From positions 1 to 46,624 of the forward strand of contig JACQTM010000354.1 of NCBI GenBank assembly GCA_016210825.1: 46,624 nt of DNA, read 5' to 3'. The position numbers and the translations under genes are program-made. Source of the stretch: Hyphomicrobiales bacterium. Its GTDB lineage: Bacteria > Pseudomonadota > Alphaproteobacteria > Rhizobiales > Xanthobacteraceae. Shown here piece by piece: positions 25,226 to 33,105 of the stretch (positions are counted from its first letter, which is position 1; each line of letters begins with the position of its first letter). The notes under the pieces are model-generated. The model had not been told where the DNA came from and did not search any database. It saw only the letters and a program-made list of their open reading frames with translations.

Positions 25226-27563
25226 GAGACTTCTCCGGCAATGGTTTCTTGCGTCGCTCGCCCTTGCGCGGCCGCTCCAGTACTTCGGCCACCAGCGTTC
25301 CATCTAGATCGATTGCGACCGGTTCGATTGCGGTATTTCGTGGAGACACGAAACCGACAACGGCCGCATTGGGATAACCCCCGGCGCGCAGTGCAACAAC
25401 GCATCGTTCCGCTTCCGCCAACGGAACTGACGCCAGCAATCCGCCGGCCGTCTGCGGGTCGAACAGAAGCGAATAAAGCGGATGCTTGCCCGCCGTGTCG
25501 AGATTCTTGATGGCACGGCGAAGCCGTACATTCTGCGGTTGCAGCGATGAGAAGATTCCGCGCGCAACACTTTCGTGCGCGCCATCGAGAAGGGGGACTC
25601 GGTCGATTGCGAGGGTGACGTCGACGTTCGAAGCACGCACCATTTCGATCAGATGACCGAGAAGTCCAAACCCCGTGATGTCGGTTGCGGCGTGGACGCC
25701 ATGTGAACGCAGGATTTCGGCTGCATTTTTGTTCGAATGGATCATGTGGGCAATCGCGGCCATCACCCAGCGTGCCTTGGCCTTTCCGTGCATATCCGCT
25801 GCGAGCAGTGTTCCTGTCCCAATGGGCTTAGTAATAATGAGTGCGTCGCCGGGCTTGAGCCCGCCCTTGCGCAAGGCGGCGGATCGCGAAACCAATCCAT
25901 TAACGGCGAAGCCGAGCGATAACTCGGCTCCCTCGCTGGTGTGACCGCCGACAAGCGCACAACCGGCCTCGCGCAATATTTCGTTCGCTCCATTCATCAT
26001 CGCCGAGAGATCCGCCTCGACCTTGGCCTCGAGGCCATAAGGCACGGTGGCGATGGCAAGCGCCGATTGTGGTTCGCCACCCATGGCAAAAATGTCGCCA
26101 AGCGAATGGTTCGCGGCGATTTTTCCGAACAGATAGGGATCGTCGACGATGGCACGAAAATAATCGACGGTCTGCAGCGAGAGCCGATCGCCGCCTGTAT
26201 CGACAATGGCGGCATCGTCGGGGGCGTCGAGGCCGACGATCACGTCAGTACGTGGCATAGGCTCAATCGCACCGAGTGCGCGCGACAACACGGTTGCGCC
26301 CACCTTGGCGCCGCAGCCGCCGCAACGCATGGCGATGGCGGAAATCTCCTTGAGCGCCTGCCGATCGGCCAACGGTGATGCCGTTGCTTCCTCTGCCGCC
26401 ATCTCCGGCAAGTCATTGAACTTCCGCATGAAGCGGCGATCGATCCAATCTTTCCAGCGCCAGACCCAGCGGCCGGAAAAAACCAGGCCGTTGCGCGTGC
26501 CGACCGCATAGGGTTCACCGGTCGAAACGAGATAAAGCGCGTCGCGCTGCGGGCGAAAAGTTCGAAGCCGACGGCCCGTCAATGTACGACGGATATTGCC
26601 GGCGAGCACCGGACCGGCGCGCACGGCATAGACGCCGGATTTCGGCAAGGCACGCGGCCCGAATGAAACGGTGTCGCCCGCGGCGAAAATATCATCATGA
26701 CCGACAACACGGAGTGTGTCGTCGACCTTGAGAAATCCACGATCGTCGAGCGGTAAGCCTGTCGCTGCGAGCCAGCGCGCCGGTGCTGCTTGTGTTGTCC
26801 ATAGAATCTCATCGGCTTCGATCGTCGCCCCATTTTCAAGTACGAGCCGGCCGCTTTCTACCCGAACCACCGGCGTGCCAGCCATGACCGCAATGCCTCG
26901 TTCGGCGAGCGTGGCGTGAAAGCGTTTCCGGAATGCCGCCGGAAATGTCGGCAATATGTCGGCTTCTTCGGTGATGAGACAGAAAGACAAACCCGTCGTT
27001 GAGAGGCCGGAACTCGCCAATTCGTGGCGCAGCCGGCGTTCGACCGAGAGCAGCAGTTCGACACCACCGGCGCCGGCTCCCACGAGGGCAATTTGCGCCC
27101 GCCCCTGGCGCGCAAGGACGCGGGCCATGAGCGCCTCAAAGCGGTGAAGAAAACCGTCGATCGGCTTGACGGGGATGGCATGCTCGCTCGCTCCGGGCAC
27201 GGATGCAGTGTTCGGCGTCGAGCCAATATTGAATGACAGTAAATCATATGGCACCGGCGGACGATCGCGGCAGATCAAGCTGCGATTGGCCAAATCGATA
27301 CCGGAAACCTCATCCTGATATAACCTTGCACCGGTGAAACGCGCCAGCGGACCGGTATCGATATGGGCATCGTCGACGCCGTAGAGCCCGGCAATCAATC
27401 CGGGCAACATTCCGGAATAGGGCGTGTGCACCTCACGGCTGATCAAGGTGAAACGCACGCCCGGAATCGGCTCCATGCCGAACCTGCGCAGCACAGCGAC
27501 GTGTGCGTGGCCGGCGCCGACCAGCACCACGTCCTTGATAACCGGCTGAACCGTGCTCTTCAT
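25203..27563 (-). CDS. selD: Fusion of an FAD/NAD(P) pyridine-nucleotide-disulfide oxidoreductase domain (NDH-2/SQR-like) with selenide,water dikinase (SelD)
   Basis: 786 aa. The N-terminus has two Rossmann motifs (VVLVGAGHAHV, IALVGAGAGGVE) and FAAGD. From about residue 405 it is SelD/AIR-synthase-like: MRCGGCGAKVG (Cys414 and Lys420 at 26304-26324, codon TGC and not TGA), DDAAIV, HSLGDIFAMGG, GGHTSEG, TDITGFGLLGHL. ATGA overlap with the phnE-like stop at 27560-27563. Confidence 0.85.
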   Translation of the reverse strand: MKSTVQPVIKDVVLVGAGHAHVAVLRRFGMEPIPGVRFTLISREVHTPYSGMLPGLIAGLYGVDDAHIDTGPLARFTGARLYQDEVSGIDLANRSLICRDRPPVPYDLLSFNIGSTPNTASVPGASEHAIPVKPIDGFLHRFEALMARVLARQGRAQIALVGAGAGGVELLLSVERRLRHELASSGLSTTGLSFCLITEEADILPTFPAAFRKRFHATLAERGIAVMAGTPVVRVESGRLVLENGATIEADEILWTTQAAPARWLAATGLPLDDRGFLKVDDTLRVVGHDDIFAAGDTVSFGPRALPKSGVYAVRAGPVLAGNIRRTLTGRRLRTFRPQRDALYLVSTGEPYAVGTRNGLVFSGRWVWRWKDWIDRRFMRKFNDLPEMAAEEATASPLADRQALKEISAIAMRCGGCGAKVGATVLSRALGAIEPMPRTDVIVGLDAPDDAAIVDTGGDRLSLQTVDYFRAIVDDPYLFGKIAANHSLGDIFAMGGEPQSALAIATVPYGLEAKVEADLSAMMNGANEILREAGCALVGGHTSEGAELSLGFAVNGLVSRSAALRKGGLKPGDALIITKPIGTGTLLAADMHGKAKARWVMAAIAHMIHSNKNAAEILRSHGVHAATDITGFGLLGHLIEMVRASNVDVTLAIDRVPLLDGAHESVARGIFSSLQPQNVRLRRAIKNLDTAGKHPLYSLLFDPQTAGGLLASVPLAEAERCVVALRAGGYPNAAVVGFVSPRNTAIEPVAIDLDGTLVAEVLERPRKGERRKKPLPEKSHAEESVH

Positions 27564-29125
27564 GCGGCCTTCTCCGCAGCAAGTGTGCCGCCCAGCCGCG
27601 TTTCGCTCGGCGCCTCGGACAGCCTAGTCGGCATCGTCTCGATTCGAAGTCGCCGCCTCAGACCGCGAGAGAATGCATCGACCGCCATCGATAGCAGCGC
27701 AGTCGCGACAATTAACATCACCGCAACGTCGAGTTTGATCTCGGAGATGGCCGCGTCAACGTAGTAACCAAGCGTCACAACGCCAAGGATACCGAATATC
27801 GCGCTTTCGCGCAGGATGATCTCCCATCGATAGAGAACATAGGCGAGAAACTGACCATAGAGTCGCGGCACCGTCTCGTAGCAATAGAGATTGATCCCTC
27901 GGGGCGCGTCGGGCCGATACTCAAGCGCATCGGCATGGCGACCCATGAGGTAGCCGACGATCGCCCCATTATGCAGTGATAGCGCGATGATGGCCGGGAG
28001 CATCGACGGCCCAAGCAATTGTAGCAGGACGTAGACCAGCATGTATTCCGGCGTTGAGCGCACCACAACCAGCGCCACGCGACCCAATGGCTGACCGATG
28101 CGGCCGGCAAATCGGCGGCAAATGAATGGGAATGCCAACAATGCGATCGCCGCCATCGCCACGAGGGCAATCTGCGAAAGAACGAGCGTTTGAATCACGC
28201 CCGGGACGATCTGCTTTGCAAAAATCGGCCAGAACCATGTGCCGAGATTGGTCATAGTCGCCGCTGCAAAAAGGTCGGCGTCGCGTAGCGGCGTGGGGAC
28301 GATATCGTGAGTGACGAAGCGAATGAGGTTTGTCAGTGTCGACGCGTTGCCCACCGATTCAGGCAGAATGAAAATGCTTGCAACGATGAGTAACGGTACT
28401 GTCGCCGGACGCGCCCACAGCCGTCGCGTCCCTATCAGCACGTAGAAGCAAAAGAGCAGCGCGGCGGCTTCCGCGAAATGCCCCTGCTTGAAAAAGGAAT
28501 CGAGATGAAAACCGATCGTCGGCAAGCCGACAAAGCCGAGGACGAGAGTGGAACGCATGCCGCATTCGAGACGGTAAAGGGTGTACGTCCAGAATTGCGG
28601 TGCCAATTCCGGGATGCGCACAAAGGCAAAGCGCGCGAGAAGCGACGTGCCCGCTGGTAGAACGCGCTCGGCGGAAAGATCCGCCTCCTCGATGATTTCA
28701 GAAAATACCTTGGCGAAAATTCCGGAATAGGGGATGGCAACCGCGAGTATCCCGGTGGTGGATGAAATTCCGGCAATCTGGATAAGTAACAACGCCCAGA
28801 ATAATTCATGCACGGAACGCAGGAATGCGGCGAGCACGCGGATCGCACGTAAGCGCGCGAAAACAAGCGCCATGAGAAACCCGGCCGTTGCGCCGAGGGC
28901 TACGCCAAGGACGGCAAAGGCGACGGTCCATACGACGCTCATTACTTCAATCGAAAAGAAATCCGGCTGCAACAGACCGGCGACCAATCGGCGCATTTCG
29001 GCCCACGGGTTAAGCGCACTCACCGTCAAGTCCGCGACGGCGACTGCTGCAATCGCGGTCAAAAGGAACAGGTTGCTCGTGGACAGATATCCGAGCTTTG
29101 GAAGTCTCAGGCCATATACGGTCAT
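27560..29125 (-). CDS. Double-length PhnE-type ABC permease (two fused permease modules)
   Basis: 521 aa from ATG 29125 (MTVYGLRLPKL...); the track start at 29197 overlaps the ATPase gene. It contains two PhnE-like halves, each with an EAA-type loop region. Confidence 0.75.
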   Translation of the reverse strand: MTVYGLRLPKLGYLSTSNLFLLTAIAAVAVADLTVSALNPWAEMRRLVAGLLQPDFFSIEVMSVVWTVAFAVLGVALGATAGFLMALVFARLRAIRVLAAFLRSVHELFWALLLIQIAGISSTTGILAVAIPYSGIFAKVFSEIIEEADLSAERVLPAGTSLLARFAFVRIPELAPQFWTYTLYRLECGMRSTLVLGFVGLPTIGFHLDSFFKQGHFAEAAALLFCFYVLIGTRRLWARPATVPLLIVASIFILPESVGNASTLTNLIRFVTHDIVPTPLRDADLFAAATMTNLGTWFWPIFAKQIVPGVIQTLVLSQIALVAMAAIALLAFPFICRRFAGRIGQPLGRVALVVVRSTPEYMLVYVLLQLLGPSMLPAIIALSLHNGAIVGYLMGRHADALEYRPDAPRGINLYCYETVPRLYGQFLAYVLYRWEIILRESAIFGILGVVTLGYYVDAAISEIKLDVAVMLIVATALLSMAVDAFSRGLRRRLRIETMPTRLSEAPSETRLGGTLAAEKAA

Positions 29126-29132
29126 CGGCCGA

Positions 29133-29804
29133 CTAACCCCCGTAGTACGGTACGAGGTCGCCGGCGCTGAGCTCGCGCGCGGGATGATCGAGTACAATGC
29201 GTCCGGCTTCGATCACGACAATTCGCCCGACATGAGAAAGCGCAAGCGGGATGTCGTGCATGGCGAGAATCGTCGTTTCATGACGGGCGCACAATGTTCC
29301 GAGGATTTCCCCACCCTGGATGCGATCGAGCGAAGAGACGGGCTCATCGCCAATAACAATTGGCCGGCCGTTATAGAGCGCGCGCGCAACCGACGTGCGC
29401 TGCTGTTGACCACCGGACAGGGCACCGGCCGCGGCGAATAGCTTGTCGCTTAGACCAACGAGATCGAGCACGCCTTCAATCTCGGCAACGTCGCGTCGCG
29501 CAGGCCACGCCAGATTGCGCAGATTGTACCAAGTCGGATGGCGATCCAGGCGGCCCATATAGACATTGTGAAAGACCGACAGCGTCTTCACCAATGCCGC
29601 CGCCTGTGGAATGAGTGCGACGCGTTCGGTCAGCCGTTCGTGAATGAGGCTGAGCAACGTCGACTTCCCGGCGCCAGAACGGCCCATGATGGCGACGCGC
29701 TCGCCGACATGGATCGTGAGATCGATATCATGAAGAACGGCGTGGCCGGCATAGCCGGCCGACGCCTTGGTGAGTTGAAGTAAGACCTGCACGCTCGCCT
29801 TCAA
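29133..29804 (-). CDS. PhnC-type ABC transporter ATP-binding protein
   Basis: 223 aa. GRSGAGKSTLL, LSGGQQQRTSVARAL, IVIGDEPVSSLD. The start is uncertain: TTG 29804 (TTGA overlap with the binding-protein stop) or GTG 29792. Confidence 0.85.
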   Translation of the reverse strand: MKASVQVLLQLTKASAGYAGHAVLHDIDLTIHVGERVAIMGRSGAGKSTLLSLIHERLTERVALIPQAAALVKTLSVFHNVYMGRLDRHPTWYNLRNLAWPARRDVAEIEGVLDLVGLSDKLFAAAGALSGGQQQRTSVARALYNGRPIVIGDEPVSSLDRIQGGEILGTLCARHETTILAMHDIPLALSHVGRIVVIEAGRIVLDHPARELSAGDLVPYYGG

Positions 29805-30670
29805 TTTAGTAGATTCGTGACCTTCGCGACTTCTTCAATCGGCTTGTAGTCGTCGTTCTTGGCCGGGATGAATTTCGTACGTGCGAATTGGTCAAGAATG
29901 GCTTTATCGTCGATTGCAAGCAGCGCGGCTCTGAGTTTTTCTTTGAAGCCAGCGCCGTAGACCTTGTCGACGTCGCCCCGCACCGTCCATTGATAATCCG
30001 GATAGGACGGGGTCTCCCAAATCACAACGACCTGCGAGGCGTCGACCTTGCCGGCTTTATTGTCAAGTTCCCAGACTGAGTAGTCGAGCACGCCGACCTC
30101 GTATGCGCCAGACTGCACGAGCTGAATTGTACGGCTGTGATCGCCTGAAAAACCGACGCGGGAGAACACCTCTTCGGGCGATTTACCGCCGAATTGCTGA
30201 CGCAAATAAAATTCCGGCATCAGCCGCCCCGAGGTCGAGGCGCGCGAACCGAAGGTAAATGACTTGCCGGCGATGGCTTTGGGAAACTCCTTCGATGGTT
30301 TGAGGCCAGTTTTGACATTGGCGATCAAGAAGCTCTTGAAGGCAACGTCTTCAACACCCTGCGCGATAGCCACGGACTCCGGCACCTGCCGTCGCGCCTG
30401 CACACCGGTAAAGCCACCGAACCAGGCCAGTTGGACCTGATTGTTGGTGAAGGCGGTCACCGCGGCCGGATATGTCTTCACCGGGAGATATTTCACCGAT
30501 ACGCCGAGCTTGCCTTCCAGGTACGTGGCAACACGCGTGAAACGCTCGACAAGGCGAGTCTCGTCTTGGTCGGGGATGGCGGTAAAGACAAATACGGGCT
30601 TGTCCTGGGCAAACGCGGAACCGCCCCACAACGGGCCAAGCAGCGCCAATACGCAAAGAATTCGCTTCAT
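29801..30670 (-). CDS. PhnD-family periplasmic oxyanion-binding protein (possible selenium-oxyanion binder)
   Basis: 289 aa from ATG 30670, with GGAGGAA 6 nt upstream. Signal peptide MKRILCVLALLGPLWGGSAFA. PhnD-like FTAIPDQD...YLPVKTYPAAVTAF...LAWFGG...GSRASTSGRLMPEFYL. The track ORF to 30928 is a false extension. Confidence 0.8.
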   Translation of the reverse strand: MKRILCVLALLGPLWGGSAFAQDKPVFVFTAIPDQDETRLVERFTRVATYLEGKLGVSVKYLPVKTYPAAVTAFTNNQVQLAWFGGFTGVQARRQVPESVAIAQGVEDVAFKSFLIANVKTGLKPSKEFPKAIAGKSFTFGSRASTSGRLMPEFYLRQQFGGKSPEEVFSRVGFSGDHSRTIQLVQSGAYEVGVLDYSVWELDNKAGKVDASQVVVIWETPSYPDYQWTVRGDVDKVYGAGFKEKLRAALLAIDDKAILDQFARTKFIPAKNDDYKPIEEVAKVTNLLN

Positions 30671-30800
30671 CGAACTTTCCTCCATCTCTTGGGCAGGATA
30701 CCGATAAAGGTCCCACACAGAATTGGCGGTCAAATAACTAGCAGACCTCATCACCTGTTTGTGAATGTTGGCACTACTTAAGTTGTGGGTTTGGGCGAAT

Positions 30801-31634
30801 TCAGCTCGGTTTTTGAGCAATGGCCGTATGGGCGACCGCGGAGAGCGCAATCTCACCACAGCCGTAATCGCGCTCAATCGCGGTGACAAAGGCATCGAGT
30901 ATAGCGGCGCGGTCGGCACCAAGCGCACCGACCCACGCGGTCATTCCCGGCGCGAAGGCAATACGGTCGGCAATCCATTGCGCCGAGGGCAGCCTCCATT
31001 TCTCCTGCAATACGACGATGTCATCGATCGTAAGCCCCGCCTGCACGAAAAGGTTGCGGAATGTTGGCTCGTCGCGAAATCGCAACTGCGCCGGCATGGA
31101 AGCCGGGGGCGGTTGCGGACCGCGCACCGCCGCGATGGCGGCCATGAGCCGTGAAGCAAGCTCGTAGCGTTCGATCTGCGTCCATGTCACCACTGCCGCG
31201 CGGCCGCCGGGCTTCAAGACGCGGGCAATCTCGCGCATCCCAAGTTCCGCGTCCGGAAACAGAATAACGCCGAAGACCGAAACCGCCGCATCGAAACATG
31301 CGTCGGACAAGGTGAGCGCCATGCCATCCATCACTTCGGCGCGAATACGGTTTGGGGGCTGTAGGCTATTTGCGCGTTGCCGAATCCGCGCGATCATAGC
31401 GTGCGAGGCATCGATGGCGAGCACATCGGCGCCGTTCCTTGCGGCCATCAAGGCAACCCCGCCGCTGCCGGCGCCAATATCAATTAACCGCGCGCCTGCT
31501 TTAAGGTCGAGTTTTTCCAACGCGCAGCGGCCAAACGCATTGGTAAGCGGCTCAAACACGGCCTCATACACGGCAACGTGATCGTTCCAGCGGTTCGGTT
31601 GCTGGTCGGGTTGAGGTTCGGCTGATAATTTCAT
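30801..31634 (-). CDS. Class I SAM-dependent methyltransferase
   Basis: 277 aa from ATG 31634. SAM motif I LIDIGAGSGGVAL, then DASHAMI, and motif III VLKPGGRAAVVTW. It has a 120-aa C-terminal domain of unknown function. Confidence 0.8.
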   Translation of the reverse strand: MKLSAEPQPDQQPNRWNDHVAVYEAVFEPLTNAFGRCALEKLDLKAGARLIDIGAGSGGVALMAARNGADVLAIDASHAMIARIRQRANSLQPPNRIRAEVMDGMALTLSDACFDAAVSVFGVILFPDAELGMREIARVLKPGGRAAVVTWTQIERYELASRLMAAIAAVRGPQPPPASMPAQLRFRDEPTFRNLFVQAGLTIDDIVVLQEKWRLPSAQWIADRIAFAPGMTAWVGALGADRAAILDAFVTAIERDYGCGEIALSAVAHTAIAQKPS

Positions 31635-31693
31635 CGGATCCAACAATATATGAACTTCGCCAGCGTTTCAGTCAGCCGAGATATGCCGCAAAA

Positions 31694-32743
31694 ATGACCG
31701 TGACCGAGTCACATTCAAGCGAACGTTCCGCCGAAACCGAGCGGACATTTGCGCTCGGGCTCGGATTGACCAACGAGTGCAACCTTGCGTGTTCGTTCTG
31801 CTACCGCGATCCGACGCGTGTCGATCGCCTTTCACTCGAGCAGATCCGAGCCGTGATGCAGACCCTTCCGGTACGCTCGGTCAATCTCGGGACCGGTGAA
31901 AACGGCATGCATCCGGAGTTTTCACGGCTGCTCGACTATCTGCGCCATGAACCGATCAAATTGACGATCACCTCCAATGGCTATTCGATCGAGGTTCTCG
32001 AAGATGCCCAGGTCAGGGCATTCAAAGACGTGGAATTCTCCCTCGACTATCCCAACGAAGCCGAGCAGGACACGCAGCGCGGTGCTGGAAATTGGCGCCT
32101 CGTTCACGAACAGGCCGCACGATGCCGCTCGCTTGGTATTCCTGTCACCTTTATCGCAGTCATGATGCGCTCGAATTACGACCGGCTCGCGGATATTGCC
32201 GAGGTGGCGAAGACATACGATGCTCCTTTGCGGATCAATGTCTATCAGTCGGTACGCTCCGATACATTTGCGTTGACGTATGATGAGTATTGGCGCGGCT
32301 TTGAGGCACTGTTTGCTCGCACGGACGTGATCGCGATTGGCGAGCCGTTGGTACGGGCAATGGCTGGCTTGCCGCCGCGGCGCGGCGGCTGCGGGGTAGC
32401 AACGGTGCGCGTAACGCCGCGCGCAACCGTACAACCATGCGTTTATTGGCCGGGCGGCGGAGCGCCGCTCGACTTGTTACTCAATCAAGGGGCCAACATT
32501 ACCGGCACCGATTCCTTCACCGCTGTGCGTTCTGTGCCGAAAGCGTGTTCGAGCTGTCATTATCTCAAAACATGCGGCGGCGGCTGCGCGGGCCGGCGGC
32601 GGTTGATCGATGCCCTCGATAGTCCCGATCCGTATTGCCCGATTATTCGCGGTAAGGCTCGGACGCTGCAAATTCGTATGGCCGAGAGCCGCGAACTTCC
32701 AAAGCTTGAAAGCGCGTGTACGACGATCGTCACTGCGCGTTAA
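31694..32743 (+). CDS. Radical SAM enzyme with a complete C-terminal SPASM domain
   Basis: 349 aa. CNLACSFC (CxxxCxxC) near the N-terminus. A seven-Cys SPASM pattern is present: GGCGV...QPC...CSSCHYLKTCGGGC...YCP. It is divergent from the methyltransferase across a 59-bp gap. Confidence 0.85.
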   Translation: MTVTESHSSERSAETERTFALGLGLTNECNLACSFCYRDPTRVDRLSLEQIRAVMQTLPVRSVNLGTGENGMHPEFSRLLDYLRHEPIKLTITSNGYSIEVLEDAQVRAFKDVEFSLDYPNEAEQDTQRGAGNWRLVHEQAARCRSLGIPVTFIAVMMRSNYDRLADIAEVAKTYDAPLRINVYQSVRSDTFALTYDEYWRGFEALFARTDVIAIGEPLVRAMAGLPPRRGGCGVATVRVTPRATVQPCVYWPGGGAPLDLLLNQGANITGTDSFTAVRSVPKACSSCHYLKTCGGGCAGRRRLIDALDSPDPYCPIIRGKARTLQIRMAESRELPKLESACTTIVTAR

Positions 32744-32792
32744 GCGACCTCGGTCGCGATTAAGCCACCCAAGCTACTCGGCATCCGACATA

Positions 32793-32822
32793 TAAGACGT
32801 AGCCAAGTAAGACGTAGCCAAG
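32793..32822. repeat. Perfect tandem duplication of a 15-mer, TAAGACGTAGCCAAG x2
   Basis: Read directly: 32793-32807 and 32808-32822. Related TAAGC-starting words occur at 32741 and 32761. Confidence 0.9.
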
Positions 32823-32930
32823 ATCGAAAACGCGGCGATGGCGTATGTCATGGTGTTGCCAAGTGTTGGCCCGCCGATCGGCTCGGTTCGTAAACAGCTA
32901 CCTTCTGCACCGCCGCCTAGATCATATGCG

Positions 32931-32965
32931 ATTTATTTATACAATATTTACGTGTGTAAATAAAT
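32931..32965. repeat. AT-only inverted repeat ATTTATTTA-N17-TAAATAAAT in the AT-rich gap upstream of the PAS regulator gene
   Basis: Read directly: arms at 32931-32939 and 32957-32965. Local composition is very different from the rest of the window. Confidence 0.5.
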
Positions 32966-33105
32966 ACATTCTATTTTAAGATGTGTAGGCTTCGCAAGCC
33001 GAATATTGAAATGCCGGCGGGAGCCAACTGTTACAACGATGGCAGAATTCGTGAAATTGCTAAACTCAATAAAGGTCAATCGATTCGGTCTGGGGATTTC
33101 GGGCA

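Noticed and set aside
30671-30800. Possible sigma-70 promoter (TTGACC ... CTTTAT) upstream of the PhnD-like gene
   Set aside because: The -10 match is poor and the spacing is ambiguous (17-19 nt). The genes may equally be read through from the methyltransferase.
32774-32969. Small ORFs next to the radical SAM/SPASM gene as possible RiPP precursors: plus strand 32838-32969 (43 aa, ending YAIYLYNIYVCK) and minus strand 32851-32774 (25 aa, containing LATSYLATSY from the tandem repeat)
   Set aside because: Neither has a Shine-Dalgarno sequence. The plus-strand ORF's tail is made of the AT-only inverted repeat. The minus-strand ORF's repeat is simply the 15-bp duplication. They are worth a proteomics or Ribo-seq look but are not supportable as genes.
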